Positions 29,306 through 39,198 of a DNA stretch of 64,000 bases are shown piece after piece. Source of the stretch: Myxococcales bacterium. Lineage in GTDB: Bacteria; Myxococcota_A; Polyangia; Polyangiales; DASUME01. The DNA lies in the NCBI GenBank assembly GCA_047601445.1, contig JASGJH010000001.1, positions 9,088,001-9,152,000 of the forward strand, in the 5' to 3' direction. The notes beneath the pieces were generated by a model. The model saw only the letters and a program-made list of their open reading frames with translations, ran no database searches and had not been told where the DNA came from. The number at the start of each line of letters is the position of its first letter. Position 1 is the first letter of the stretch. A program made the position numbers and the translations under genes.

Positions 29306-30910
29306 ATGCGTTTCGAGATCTTTCTCAGCAAGCTGCCGCGTGCGGCGGCCGATCGCGTTTTGTCTGAAATGGACGAGATGCCGAAGGGCCTCAGTAAGGG
29401 CGTGCTCAATCGCGCCTTGGAGACCCGCACCGTGCCGACGGTGTGCGTCGCCTTCAGCGAAGACAAGCGCGTCGTCAACGAGATCGAGGACTGGTTGGTG
29501 TCCCTGGGCGCCGACTGTCGGGTGGTCGATCACGGCAACATCTTCCAGAAGCTCTCGACCTTCGTCTCCGAGAAGCTAGGCGCCGCGCGCTATCGCGAAG
29601 ACGAGCCCAACAAGGCGCAGCCGCTGATCAAGCTCGGCAAGGGCGCGAATTCCCAGTCACTGGGAGCCGAGCTGACGAGCCATGCGCTGCGCTACCTCTT
29701 GCAGTTCGTCTTCGTGGGCGTGCTCCTGATGTGGAGTCGCTGGCTCGCGATGGGGCTCGAGAAGCTGCTGGCTGCGCCGTGGTTGATGGCACAGCTGGCG
29801 GCGTGTGGCGTCGGATTGCTCGCTTCGTACGTGCTCGTGGAGAGCACCCAGGCGATTCGTGCGGGCAAGCTGCGCTTGGCCAAGGCCGCGCCCATCGCGG
29901 TCGTGCCGATCGCGCTCACCGTGGGGTCGTTGTTCTTGGTCGATCTGGGGCGCTCGGCAGTCGACGAGGCGGGGCCACCCATTAGTCGGCCACCGTCTCA
30001 GCCGTTCGCGGGACTGCTCACGGAGTTGCGTCGCCGCGAAATGGCGGGCGAGCAACCGACCGGATTCGAGCCTCCGCCCGTCACGGCCGAGCAGGCCACG
30101 CGAGACGAGGCTCAGTCGTCGGCTTCGGCCCGCGATGCCCTCTGGTGCTTCACGGGCGAAGAAGTGTCCGTCGACTGCGCGACCGAGTTCGGCTGGGAGG
30201 AGTCCCAGGCTTGTCTCCCACTGCCCACGGATGGCGCGCGCCTGCTCGAACCCTACGAAGTCCCGCTCGAACTCGAGCCCACCACCGAGGAAGCTCAGCC
30301 CGTGCTCCTCCCGGTGGCGGCTGCCGCGAAGCCCCGGCCCGTCGTTCGGCCGTGGAGTCTCTCGTTGGAGGCCGTGCCACTGGCGCTCGTGGTGGGGGCG
30401 TGGTTCGTGGCACTGCTCGGGATGCAACTTTGGTTCGAGCGCCGGCTCAAGCGGGCGAGTGCGCAAGGGCCCGTGAGCGCAGTGGCTGTCGCCGTGTCCA
30501 AGGAGGAGCTCGCTCGGCAGGCCTCCGAGGCGCAGCTCCTGTCGTCGCTGCAAGAAGAGCTCGCGCGCACCCAGGCCGCATCCGCAGAGCTGGCTGCCGA
30601 GCAGGGCGCTCTCGCGGAGCAGAACTCCCGCCACGAAAGCGAGATTGAGCGGCTGCAGGCCGCCCTGGCCGAAGCCAAGGAGCAACTCGCCGAAGCGCGC
30701 ACGGCGCTGGTGGAGGCCTTCGAGCGCGACAGCGAGGTCCCGGTCAGTCGCACCACGGTGGCCAACCAGCAGACAGCGCCTCGCGCCAACGTCCCCGCAC
30801 CTGCCCGTGAACGACCCGCTCCGCCGCGGCCGCAGCCAGCCCAGCACGGTTCGTCGTATTCCGTGACGGCGGCGCAGGAAGAGCGCATCTCACCTCGTCG
30901 TCGCGGCTAG
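29306..30910 (+). CDS. Hypothetical multi-pass membrane protein with a C-terminal coiled coil
   Basis: 534-aa ORF; several hydrophobic segments; heptad-rich E/A/L/Q region. Confidence 0.65.
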   Translation: MRFEIFLSKLPRAAADRVLSEMDEMPKGLSKGVLNRALETRTVPTVCVAFSEDKRVVNEIEDWLVSLGADCRVVDHGNIFQKLSTFVSEKLGAARYREDEPNKAQPLIKLGKGANSQSLGAELTSHALRYLLQFVFVGVLLMWSRWLAMGLEKLLAAPWLMAQLAACGVGLLASYVLVESTQAIRAGKLRLAKAAPIAVVPIALTVGSLFLVDLGRSAVDEAGPPISRPPSQPFAGLLTELRRREMAGEQPTGFEPPPVTAEQATRDEAQSSASARDALWCFTGEEVSVDCATEFGWEESQACLPLPTDGARLLEPYEVPLELEPTTEEAQPVLLPVAAAAKPRPVVRPWSLSLEAVPLALVVGAWFVALLGMQLWFERRLKRASAQGPVSAVAVAVSKEELARQASEAQLLSSLQEELARTQAASAELAAEQGALAEQNSRHESEIERLQAALAEAKEQLAEARTALVEAFERDSEVPVSRTTVANQQTAPRANVPAPARERPAPPRPQPAQHGSSYSVTAAQEERISPRRRG

Positions 30911-30952
30911 GCCGCGCGCACGATCGCGGCTTTGTAACGCCTGTGGATCGGG

Positions 30953-31354
30953 TCAGGCCGCGAGGATACGCGTGACGCCTGCTTGCGCCTGCTCGATCCA
31001 GCGAGCCGCTTCCGCGTCGCGCTTGGCATCGACGTTGGCGTGGGTGCCCGCCAGGTAGATCGGCGACCCATCCCAGGACACCGCCTGCACGTGCAGCATG
31101 CCGTGGCCCAGGTTGGAGTTGGCCGGCATGGCGCCCTCACTCGACAGGATGGGGGCCACCGCTGCCAACTCGGAGCACAGCTCGTCGTCGCCTGCGTGCG
31201 CGATCAAGAGGCCCTCCGCCGTGGCGAGCACCACCGCGTCGAGGCTGGCTGCGTGCTTCACCTGCGCGAGCTGAAGCGAGAGCGCGGTGTGGGCGTCGTC
31301 CGAGCGCTGTCTGCGACGTTCCGCAGCGGGTCGGGTTGGTTGCATCATCGGCAT
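30953..31354 (-). CDS. Roadblock/LC7 (MglB-like) domain protein
   Basis: LDAVVLATAEGLLIAHAG...ELAAVA pattern; GGAGG Shine-Dalgarno before ATG 31354. Confidence 0.6.
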   Translation of the reverse strand: MPMMQPTRPAAERRRQRSDDAHTALSLQLAQVKHAASLDAVVLATAEGLLIAHAGDDELCSELAAVAPILSSEGAMPANSNLGHGMLHVQAVSWDGSPIYLAGTHANVDAKRDAEAARWIEQAQAGVTRILAA

Positions 31355-31446
31355 GGCACCTCCTCGAAGAGTGGGCGCCCATGATCCGTGTGAGTGTTTG
31401 TGCGCCGCAAGAAAGCGACGCACCACGTAAGCGTATGGCTGAACGC

Positions 31447-33085
31447 CTATGCAGCCGGCTCGGACGGCCCCGCTTCCTGGGCCTCCTCGAGTCGGGACAG
31501 GGCCGCAAGCACGAGCGGAATCACCCTTGCCGCCGCGCTCACGTCAGGCCGGTAGTGCAGAAACAGACCCGAGAGCGTGCCGAAGACGCGACCCAGCATC
31601 ACGAACTCTTCCGGCAGACGCACCATCGGGTCGTCCTCGATGAAGCGCGCCATCAGCGCGACCTGAGCGAGTAGCTCCACCTGATTCGGCCAGTCGCCGC
31701 CCCGGGCGGCCACCACGCCCATCTGCTCGAGCACCACCTTTGCGTACGCCTCGAGTCCCTCCACGCTCCCACTCTGGGTCACGAAGCCCATGGACTGCAT
31801 GGCAAAGGCCATCTTGGCGGCATCCTTGGCCACGAACGCGCGCGCCAGATCCACGAGCAGTGCTCGCTGCGCCAGCGGCACCTCCTTGGCGCAGCCGAAG
31901 TCGAGCACCACGAGATTGCCGGCGGCGTCGGCGAGCAGGTTTCCCGGATGCGGATCCGCCTGAAATACCCCGAGGTCGAGGGCCTGACGCGTATACGCCT
32001 CGAGCACGCGCGCGAGCAGCACGGTGAGCGCTTCCTGGGCCGACTCGTCCCCAGCGCCGCGCTTCTGCATGAGTTCGTCGAGCACGTGCGTGATCTTGTC
32101 GCCCCTCATGAAGGCCGTGACCAGCACGCGACGCGTCGACAACTCCTTGACCACGCGGGGCGCCTGGATCGGTCCGTCTTCTCCGAAGAACAGCGCCACG
32201 CGCTCGGTGAGTGCGGCCTCACGGGTGTAGTCGAGCTCGGCCTCGATCATCGCGCGCGTCTCGCCGATGATGGTGTCGAAGTCCACCGGAGGTAGGTCCT
32301 CCGACAAGGCTCGCACGAAGATCTCGAGGAGCATGAGAATCCAGCGAGACCAGCTCCTCGATGTTGGGACGCTGCACCTTCACGGCCACCTCACGCCCGT
32401 CTTGCAGCGTGGCGCGGTGCACCTGTCCAATACTCGCCGCCGCCAGCGGCTCCTGATCGAAGGCCGCGAAGACGTCCTCGATGGGCTGGCCGAGCTCTTC
32501 TTCGATCAGGCTCATGACCGCAGGGAAGGGCACCTCGGGGGCGGCGTCCTGCAGCTTCGAGAGCTCCCGGATGTAGACCTCGGGCAAGAGGTCGGGGCGA
32601 GCCGAGAGCATCTGTCCAACCTTGAGGAAGGCGCCTCCGTGGCGGACCGAGAGATCGTAGAGCCGGCGGGCCGACTCGCGATGCAGGTCCTCGAGCGCCC
32701 GCGCCGCGCGTTCGCGCGACAGGAAGGCGGCCTTGGTGGTGTGCAGTCGGTAGCCGGCGGCGATGCGGGTCAGCACGAACCCCGTGGCCGTGAGGCGCGC
32801 CAGGCGCTCGGGCCAGGTGGAGAGATCGTTGGCCAGGTTTCGCGAGCCCACCGCGAAGCGCCCCAGGACGCTCTGGGCGCCCTGGAAAGCATCCTGGGCG
32901 GCCTTGCCCACGGATCGCACCTGCCAGGCGGTCTGCTCGATGGCGACCAGCAACGCATCGACGACCTGGAGCCAGAGCTTGATCTGACTGCGCACGTCGA
33001 ACCCAGCATCGGTAAAAGGATCTCGAGGGCCAGATCGGCGTGAGCGGTAACTCTTGTGAGGGGGCATCGCAGCGTCCTCCGTCAT
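31447..33085 (-). CDS. ABC1/AarF/UbiB atypical kinase; single-base frameshift at 32337-32341, probably an artefact
   Basis: LKVGQMLSARPD, LAAASIGQVHRA, VAVKVQRP; after correction ELDYTREA, FQADPHPGN, LDFG. Confidence 0.88.
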
Positions 33086-33194
33086 CTTCGGTATTACGCG
33101 TGTGTAATACGACGGATGACGACGACGCAAGCACTACGTGCGCCCGTGTGCGCTTTTCCGGCTGCGCCCCCCGATACCGAGAGCGCTGCGGCCC

Positions 33195-33767
33195 CTAGCG
33201 AACTTCCTTGGCTGCCGAGAGGGTCTCGAGACAGTCCGGGCAAACCCACACTCGTGGCATGTCCGGTCGGTCATTCATGCCTAGATAGGCGCGAGTTCCC
33301 CGCGCAATCACACAGCCGCACTTGGCGCACTCGGCCTGGCGGTTGAGCACGAGCTCCTGGAAGCCGTAGACGTGGGCCAGGGGGCTCTCCTCGCTGAGCT
33401 CTTCCTCTTCCTCCGGCTCGGCGGGGGGCTCCTCCTCCACCTCCCGTGTCTCGACGACCTCGGCGGGGGGCACGGAAGACGTGCTGTTGCGGTGCGAGGT
33501 TTCGCCCCGTGCGGTGGCGGCCAGTCGTGCCGCATCTCGCTTGAAAGTCTGAGCCATTTCGACCGAGTCGGTCACCACTCGGTCCACCTCGGTCACCACG
33601 TTGTCGACCAGGTTGAAGGTATCTTCGAGGACGTTACGAATCAGGTGAGACACCGAAAGCCTGCGCCGGCGCGCTTCATCCTTGAGCGTGCTCTCGAGAT
33701 TTTGCGGGACGCGTGTCTGGATCAGTCGGTCCTTACGCTGCCGGTCGTTCCCGTCCATACCTGCCAT
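33195..33767 (-). CDS. Hypothetical protein with a ribbon-helix-helix-like N-terminus and C-terminal CxxC...CxxC
   Basis: LIQTRVPQNLESTLKDEARRRRLSVSHLIRNVL; acidic linker; CAKC...CPDC. Confidence 0.6.
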   Translation of the reverse strand: MAGMDGNDRQRKDRLIQTRVPQNLESTLKDEARRRRLSVSHLIRNVLEDTFNLVDNVVTEVDRVVTDSVEMAQTFKRDAARLAATARGETSHRNSTSSVPPAEVVETREVEEEPPAEPEEEEELSEESPLAHVYGFQELVLNRQAECAKCGCVIARGTRAYLGMNDRPDMPRVWVCPDCLETLSAAKEVR

Positions 33768-33871
33768 CGCCTCACGTCCTGTTATAGCGGAGTCAGGCGG
33801 AAATCACGGTCGGTTTCGCGCTTTCCGTCTCCCTGACGTGCTCCGCCGCAGGACCGAAGCAGGTTAAACAC

Positions 33872-33894
33872 AAAAAGCCCGCGAACAAGCGGGC
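33872..33894 (-). terminator. Intrinsic terminator downstream of rpsU
   Basis: Minus strand GCCCGC-TTGTTC-GCGGGC-TTTTT. Confidence 0.7.
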
Positions 33895-33920
33895 CAGCCC
33901 CGGACCGTAGTCCCGGGAGC

Positions 33921-34148
33921 TCAGCGGCCTTCGGCCTGCTTGCGAGCGCGCTTGCGACGGTTGCGCTCCGCTTCCGCCTGCTTCTTGCGGCGCTTCACGG
34001 AGGGCTTCATGTAGCTGCGACGCTTCTTGAGCTCACGCATGATGCCTTCCGAGGCCATCATGCGCTTGAGCTGCTTGATCGCACGCTCGACGCCACGCTC
34101 GCCAACCTCGACCTCGACTGGCTTACACTGAACCGGATCCGCTGCCAT
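33921..34148 (-). CDS. rpsU: 30S ribosomal protein S21
   Basis: VERAIKQLKR...GIMRELKKRRSYMKPSVKRRKK; GAAAGGA Shine-Dalgarno. Confidence 0.9.
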   Translation of the reverse strand: MAADPVQCKPVEVEVGERGVERAIKQLKRMMASEGIMRELKKRRSYMKPSVKRRKKQAEAERNRRKRARKQAEGR

Positions 34149-34286
34149 GAGTGTCCTTTCAAACCGGGCCGCAGTGATATCCGCCTGGAGCTCAAACGCA
34201 AGCCGAATGGCCCAAGAAAGGGCCGAGTCCCGTTGTTCCGTCCCGCGTTGTTCCGAACCCCGGCGGCCTTGCGGTACGCTGGGGCC

Positions 34287-34889
34287 GTGATCTCCCGTCG
34301 TTCCTTGCGCCGGTCCCTCAAGCGTGCCCGCATTCGCGTGGCGCGTCATGCGGTTTTGGTTGGGATCTTGGGCCTGTTTGGAATCGCCGCTCTCAACTGG
34401 GGGGTGCGCTCCGCGGGCGGCTCGGTGAGTCTGCTCTCGATGTCTCGGCTCGGACCCAAGGCCGAAGCGTTGTCCACACTGGCGCTCCACGGCCTACGTT
34501 GCGATGGCCACGATCAGACGAGCATCGAAGCTGCCATCCGAAGCGCGGCACGGCGTCACCAGGTCTCGGAGGGGTTGGCGCTGGCGCTCGCGCGCGTCGA
34601 GTCCTCGCTCGTGCACACTCGGATCAGCTCGACGGGCGCGATGGGACTCATGCAGCTCATGCCCAACACCGCACGCGAACTCGGCGTTCAGGATCCCTTC
34701 GACGTCGCACAGAACGCCGACGCAGGTGTGCGCTACTTGAAGCAACTGCTCGGCAGTTATCGCGGCGACGTGAAGCGCGCGCTCGCGGCCTACAACGCGG
34801 GTTCCGCGCGTGTGCCGCGTAAAGGTCCGCTGAACGGTCTGCCCCTCGAGACCAGGACGTATGTGTTTCGAATCGTTGGTGGTATTTAA
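34287..34889 (+). CDS. Lytic transglycosylase (SLT domain) with N-terminal TM
   Basis: RVESS, SSTGAMGLMQLMP, ALAAYNAG, ETRTYV; start uncertain. Confidence 0.85.
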   Translation: MISRRSLRRSLKRARIRVARHAVLVGILGLFGIAALNWGVRSAGGSVSLLSMSRLGPKAEALSTLALHGLRCDGHDQTSIEAAIRSAARRHQVSEGLALALARVESSLVHTRISSTGAMGLMQLMPNTARELGVQDPFDVAQNADAGVRYLKQLLGSYRGDVKRALAAYNAGSARVPRKGPLNGLPLETRTYVFRIVGGI

Positions 34890-35040
34890 GTCGGCAAATT
34901 TTGCGCCGTTTTCTGCGCGAATCGAACGGATCGTGAAAGAATCGCTGGCACTGTTTGGCATCGCGCGTTTGGGGCGATGACGTGTTGCACAGCGGGCGCG
35001 GTCGAGCCTTTGCCGAGGCGTTCGCAGGAGAAACGAGATC

Positions 35041-36309
35041 ATGGGTCGAGGCGCTCTGTTGAAGCGGATCGGGCTCGTCGGCTGCTTGCTGGCGATGTGG
35101 GGTGTCCTGGTGCTGCCGTCGCAGTCACGGGGTGAATCGGGGATCTTGGCGCGTGGTCCGGGCTCGACACCGGTTGCTCAGCCGGACGGCGCTGGCACCT
35201 TCGTCGACCGCATCACCGAGCAGGGCCAGCGCGCGCGCGGGCTCTACATCACGTACCCGTACTTGCACATCTACGGTACCAAGGGCGTGATCAGCATGCT
35301 CAAGCATGCCCACCTGGATACGGCCGTGCTCGACCTCAAGGACGACGCCGGGCGCATCAGCTTCCCGACTCAGGTCGAGGCCTTCAAGCCGCAGATCGTG
35401 CCGGAAACAAACGACCTGGCCCAGGCCGTCAAGGACCTGCACGCGGCCGGCATGTACGCCGTCGGGCGCATCGTCTGCTTCAACGACCCGAGCCTGCCCA
35501 AGCGTGAGCCCGACCGAGCCATCCACGATGGGCGGCCCAAGTACGCCGGCCAGAACAAGCCCTGGGTGTCATGGGGCACCGGCAACACCTGGCTCAACCC
35601 GTACAACAAGAAGAACCACGACCTCTACGTCCAGATGGCCAAAGAGGCCGAGTCCATGGGCTTCGACGAGGTCCAGCTCGACTACATCCGGTTCCCGGTC
35701 GACGGCGGCGTGGAGTACGCCCAGTACGAGCCCAGCACCGACGAGCTGCGTCGCTTCGTCATCCTGGACATGTTGCGCCGCATCGACGCGGCGATCTCCA
35801 TCCCCCTCGGCGTCGACGTCTTCGGCCTGACCGCCATCCGTCGCGGCGATCCCACGGGCCTCGGTCAGTCGCTGACCGACTGGACGCCGCACATCGAAAT
35901 CTTCTCTCCGATGCTCTACGTGAACGCCATGCCCGGCTGGCGCATGGACGTGGAGGATCGCGGCCACGTCCTGGTGAAGGGACCCTCCTATATCCTGCGT
36001 CAGCGCGTGGGGCGTGGGCCGGTGATCCGACCCTTCATGCAGGCCTTCCACAATGGCCTCGGCGAGAAGTGGAATCCGGACTTCATTGCTCAGGAGATCA
36101 CGGGCGCGCGTGGCGGTGAGGCCGATGGCTTCCTGTTCTGGAACCCCGGCTCCAACTACGCGATGGTGTCGCGCGGCGTGGCCTCGGCTGCCGGACTCGG
36201 CTCGCCGTTCCCGCTCCAGGACCGCGGCAAGTTCCGCGAGCAGGTGTGGGCCAAGGGGGAGCACGATCTCTCGCCGCAGAGCGAACGCAACGACAAGGTC
36301 GGCTGGTAG
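35041..36309 (+). CDS. Secreted putative glycoside hydrolase (DUF4015-like TIM barrel)
   Basis: RGLY, VLDLKDDAG, GRIVCFND, WLNPY, GFDEVQLDYIRFP, DVFG, SPMLY, FLFWNP. Confidence 0.75.
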   Translation: MGRGALLKRIGLVGCLLAMWGVLVLPSQSRGESGILARGPGSTPVAQPDGAGTFVDRITEQGQRARGLYITYPYLHIYGTKGVISMLKHAHLDTAVLDLKDDAGRISFPTQVEAFKPQIVPETNDLAQAVKDLHAAGMYAVGRIVCFNDPSLPKREPDRAIHDGRPKYAGQNKPWVSWGTGNTWLNPYNKKNHDLYVQMAKEAESMGFDEVQLDYIRFPVDGGVEYAQYEPSTDELRRFVILDMLRRIDAAISIPLGVDVFGLTAIRRGDPTGLGQSLTDWTPHIEIFSPMLYVNAMPGWRMDVEDRGHVLVKGPSYILRQRVGRGPVIRPFMQAFHNGLGEKWNPDFIAQEITGARGGEADGFLFWNPGSNYAMVSRGVASAAGLGSPFPLQDRGKFREQVWAKGEHDLSPQSERNDKVGW

Positions 36310-36329
36310 TCGACGTCGGCCCTCGACCC

Positions 36330-36371
36330 AAGAGCGGGCTCGCCTCTCCCACTAGGCGGTCCCGCTCTTTT
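36330..36371 (+). terminator. Intrinsic terminator-like hairpin
   Basis: AAGAGCGGG...CCCGCTCTT outer stem with inner CGCCT/AGGCG, followed by T's; lies between convergent genes. Confidence 0.6.
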
Positions 36372-36382
36372 GCGTTGCGCGA

Positions 36383-36685
36383 CTAGAGCGCGCCTCCAGC
36401 GCCCATCCATCCCGAAAGGGCGAGGGACTCGAAGCAACGCCAGACCGCCACCAGTGCTGCCGCATGGACGGCGGTGGCGCGGAAGACGCGGCGGCCGATC
36501 TGAAGCTCGAGCGCGACGTGGTAGCCGTTGGGCTCGTTGTACTGCAGGCAAGCGCGAAGGGTGTCGCCCTGAATGCGCTTGGAATGCGCGCACCTGCGGA
36601 CGAAGTACACGAGTGCGTCTCTCGGCAGCATTTGCCGGAAGGTCACCTCGATGGCCCGGATCGGGCTTTCTTCCTTCGGCTCCAC
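36383..36685 (-). CDS. Hypothetical protein, weakly HPF/RaiA-like
   Basis: IEVTFRQM..DALVYFVR..YHVALEL..AV..CF pattern; GAGGGG Shine-Dalgarno. Confidence 0.35.
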   Translation of the reverse strand: MEPKEESPIRAIEVTFRQMLPRDALVYFVRRCAHSKRIQGDTLRACLQYNEPNGYHVALELQIGRRVFRATAVHAAALVAVWRCFESLALSGWMGAGGAL

Positions 36686-36852
36686 GGCATCCCCCTCAGC
36701 AGAACACTGCCTATGACTACACTGCGCTACGGGTGTGTCAACGGCTGTTTGTGCTTGTCGCGGAGGATTTTCCTGAGTGTTCCTGCGTTGGTACAGCTCG
36801 TTTCAAAGCCGTTGCCAGGAGCGTCGCAGTGTCTCATGGAGACCCGGTTGGG

Positions 36853-37260
36853 TCAGAAGATCAACTTTCCACCGCCGCCAGGTCCGGGCATGCCCCCACC
36901 TGGGAGTCCGCCACCGCCCTGTCCGGGTACCACGATGCGGGACATCTGCTGACGCTGCATCTCGCGGGCCTGCTCGATGAGGCGTTCCACTGCGGCCTGG
37001 ACGGCCTCCGGGAACTTGTCCATGGCCTCGTTGAGGTCCTTGGCTTCGATCGGGCACTGGATGGGGAGGGGACCGCGGTCCGACATCAAGGTCGTCTCGC
37101 CCGTAAAGAGCACGGGACGGGAAGAGTCCGGCGAGCCGTCCTCCTTGATGGGCGACAACCTCCGCAGGGTAGCCACCTTGAGGTCCGTGAAGGACTCCTC
37201 TTTGTACAGATTCGCTTTGTCGACCTTCACATCACCGAAGGGGGTGTTCTCGTTTGCCAT
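36853..37260 (-). CDS. Conserved hypothetical cytoplasmic protein
   Basis: NLYKEESFTDLKVATLRRLSPIKEDGSPD..RIVVPG, Gly-rich tail; coding-like codon usage. Confidence 0.75.
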   Translation of the reverse strand: MANENTPFGDVKVDKANLYKEESFTDLKVATLRRLSPIKEDGSPDSSRPVLFTGETTLMSDRGPLPIQCPIEAKDLNEAMDKFPEAVQAAVERLIEQAREMQRQQMSRIVVPGQGGGGLPGGGMPGPGGGGKLIF

Positions 37261-37570
37261 GGGCGCACTCATGCCAAATACCGGCGCGGGAATCAACGTG
37301 ATGGGTGTGACCAGCGCTCAATCAAAACGCACGATCATGTAGGGTCAGCTACTTCGTTAGGGGCAAAAAAATGATACGGTGCGCCAAGTAGGTTGCCCGA
37401 CCTGGGGAGCGTGTGCTTCCGGTCGGGTTTCGCGCGGGTCCAGGTCAGCGCAACTCCGCTCACCGGCGGGGAGAACCAGCAGCGTCTTTCCGTATCAGTC
37501 AGTTCGAAAAGTGTGTCGGGTCAGCCCCGCGACACGCGACACTTGCGGGGCTGGTTGAAGGATTGGGTGG

Positions 37571-38989
37571 ATGGTCTCGAACGGCACGGTTGTGTCCACG
37601 GAACGGAGTAACGCAGCCTGGCTGATGCGACTCCTGGACGCCTGCCTGATCGGCTTCGCCCACTACCTCGCCTCCCTGCTGCGCGAAGAAGACCCGGGCG
37701 CCGATCTCTATCTGGTGGTGGCGACCCTGGTGGCGGCCGTCATCTTCAACGTCATCGGTGACGCCAACGGCCTCTACCGACCCAACCTCCGGTCGGCTTT
37801 CGGCAAGGTGGAGATCGGCAAGATCTGGACGAGCTGGGCCCTCACGCCCCCCCTGCTGCTCACCGTCGCGTTCACCTTCAAGATCAGCGACTCCTATTCG
37901 CGCGCCGTCACGCTGGTGTGGTTCATCCTCGCGCCCGTGATCCTGAGCGTGGTGCGCTACGCCACGCGGCGGGTGAACGGCGAGCTCTCACGGCGCGGCG
38001 TCGCCACGCGCTCCGTGCACATCGTGGGGGCCACCAAGATGGGGGCCCTGATCGCCCAGCGCATCATGGACGATCCGACCTCGGGCCTGCGCGTCCAGGG
38101 CTTCTTCGACGATCGCGACCCCGAGCGCCTGCACCCCATGCCCAAGGGGCTGGGTGAGTGCATGGGCAAGCTCGACGGTTTGCTCGAGCTGGCCCGCAAG
38201 GGGCAGGTGGACATCGTCTACGTGGCGCTCCCGCTGCGCGCCGAGTCCCGCATCAGCGAAATCGTGCGGCGCTTGGCCGACAGCACGGCCTCCGTGTACG
38301 TGGTGGCGGACTTCCTGGTCTTCGACTTGGTCCACGCCCAGTGGTCCAACGTGCAGGGGTTGCCGGTGGTCAGTGTGTTCGAGAGCCCGTTCTACGGGGT
38401 CAACGGCTGGCTCAAGCGCTTCGAGGACATCGTGCTCGGCTCCTTGATCATGCTGCTGATCTCGCCGGCCATGGCGCTGATCGCCCTGGGTGTGAAGTTG
38501 AGCTCGGCCGGCCCGGTGTTCTTTCGGCAGCGCCGCTATGGGCTCAACGGCGAGGAGATCCGGGTCCTCAAGTTCCGCACGATGACGGTGCTCGAGGACG
38601 GTCCCGAGGTGAAGCAGGCGGTCAAGGGAGACCAGCGCATCACGCGCTTCGGCGCCTTCCTGCGGCGCACCTCGCTCGACGAGCTACCCCAGTTCATCAA
38701 CGTGCTCTCGGGGGAGATGTCCATCGTGGGTCCGCGCCCGCACGCGGTGGCACACAACGAGATGTACCGCCGGATGATCCACGGCTACATGCTGCGGCAC
38801 AAGGTCAAGCCCGGCATCACGGGCTGGGCCCAGGTGAACGGCTGGCGCGGTGAGACCGACACGCTCGAGAAGATGGAGCAGCGGATCAACCACGATCTGC
38901 ACTACATCCAGAACTGGGGCCTGTTGTTCGACATCAAGATCATCGTGAAGACCGTGGTCGGCACCGGGACCCGCCAAAACGCCTACTGA
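37571..38989 (+). CDS. wcaJ: Undecaprenyl-phosphate glucose phosphotransferase (WcaJ-like)
   Basis: N-terminal TMs, KRFED, KFRTM, LRRTSLDELPQF, SIVGPRP, KPGITGWAQVNG. Confidence 0.9.
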   Translation: MVSNGTVVSTERSNAAWLMRLLDACLIGFAHYLASLLREEDPGADLYLVVATLVAAVIFNVIGDANGLYRPNLRSAFGKVEIGKIWTSWALTPPLLLTVAFTFKISDSYSRAVTLVWFILAPVILSVVRYATRRVNGELSRRGVATRSVHIVGATKMGALIAQRIMDDPTSGLRVQGFFDDRDPERLHPMPKGLGECMGKLDGLLELARKGQVDIVYVALPLRAESRISEIVRRLADSTASVYVVADFLVFDLVHAQWSNVQGLPVVSVFESPFYGVNGWLKRFEDIVLGSLIMLLISPAMALIALGVKLSSAGPVFFRQRRYGLNGEEIRVLKFRTMTVLEDGPEVKQAVKGDQRITRFGAFLRRTSLDELPQFINVLSGEMSIVGPRPHAVAHNEMYRRMIHGYMLRHKVKPGITGWAQVNGWRGETDTLEKMEQRINHDLHYIQNWGLLFDIKIIVKTVVGTGTRQNAY

Positions 38990-39002
38990 TCGGCGGCTTT
39001 TG

Positions 39003-39128
39003 ACGGGGCGCTCACGCGACCTCCTCGCCCGTCGCAACAAAGCTGCGCCCGGGCCCACCCCACCGTGAGGTTCGCTGCGCTCACGGGGCGCAGGGGTGGA
39101 CTCCACCGCGAGGTTCGCTGCGCTCACG
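39003..39128. repeat. Dispersed REP-like intergenic repeat (84-bp copy A) plus an extra 26-bp sub-unit
   Basis: 39003-39086 matches 62634-62717 at 76/84 nt; sub-unit CCACCGCGAGGTTCGCTGCGCTCACG repeated at 39103-39128. Confidence 0.85.
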
Positions 39129-39198
39129 CCTACGCGCCTGCAACCGGATCGGGCCTTTGCGCGCCGGCGCCTCGCGCTATGTTTCGCGAGGTGATTTC

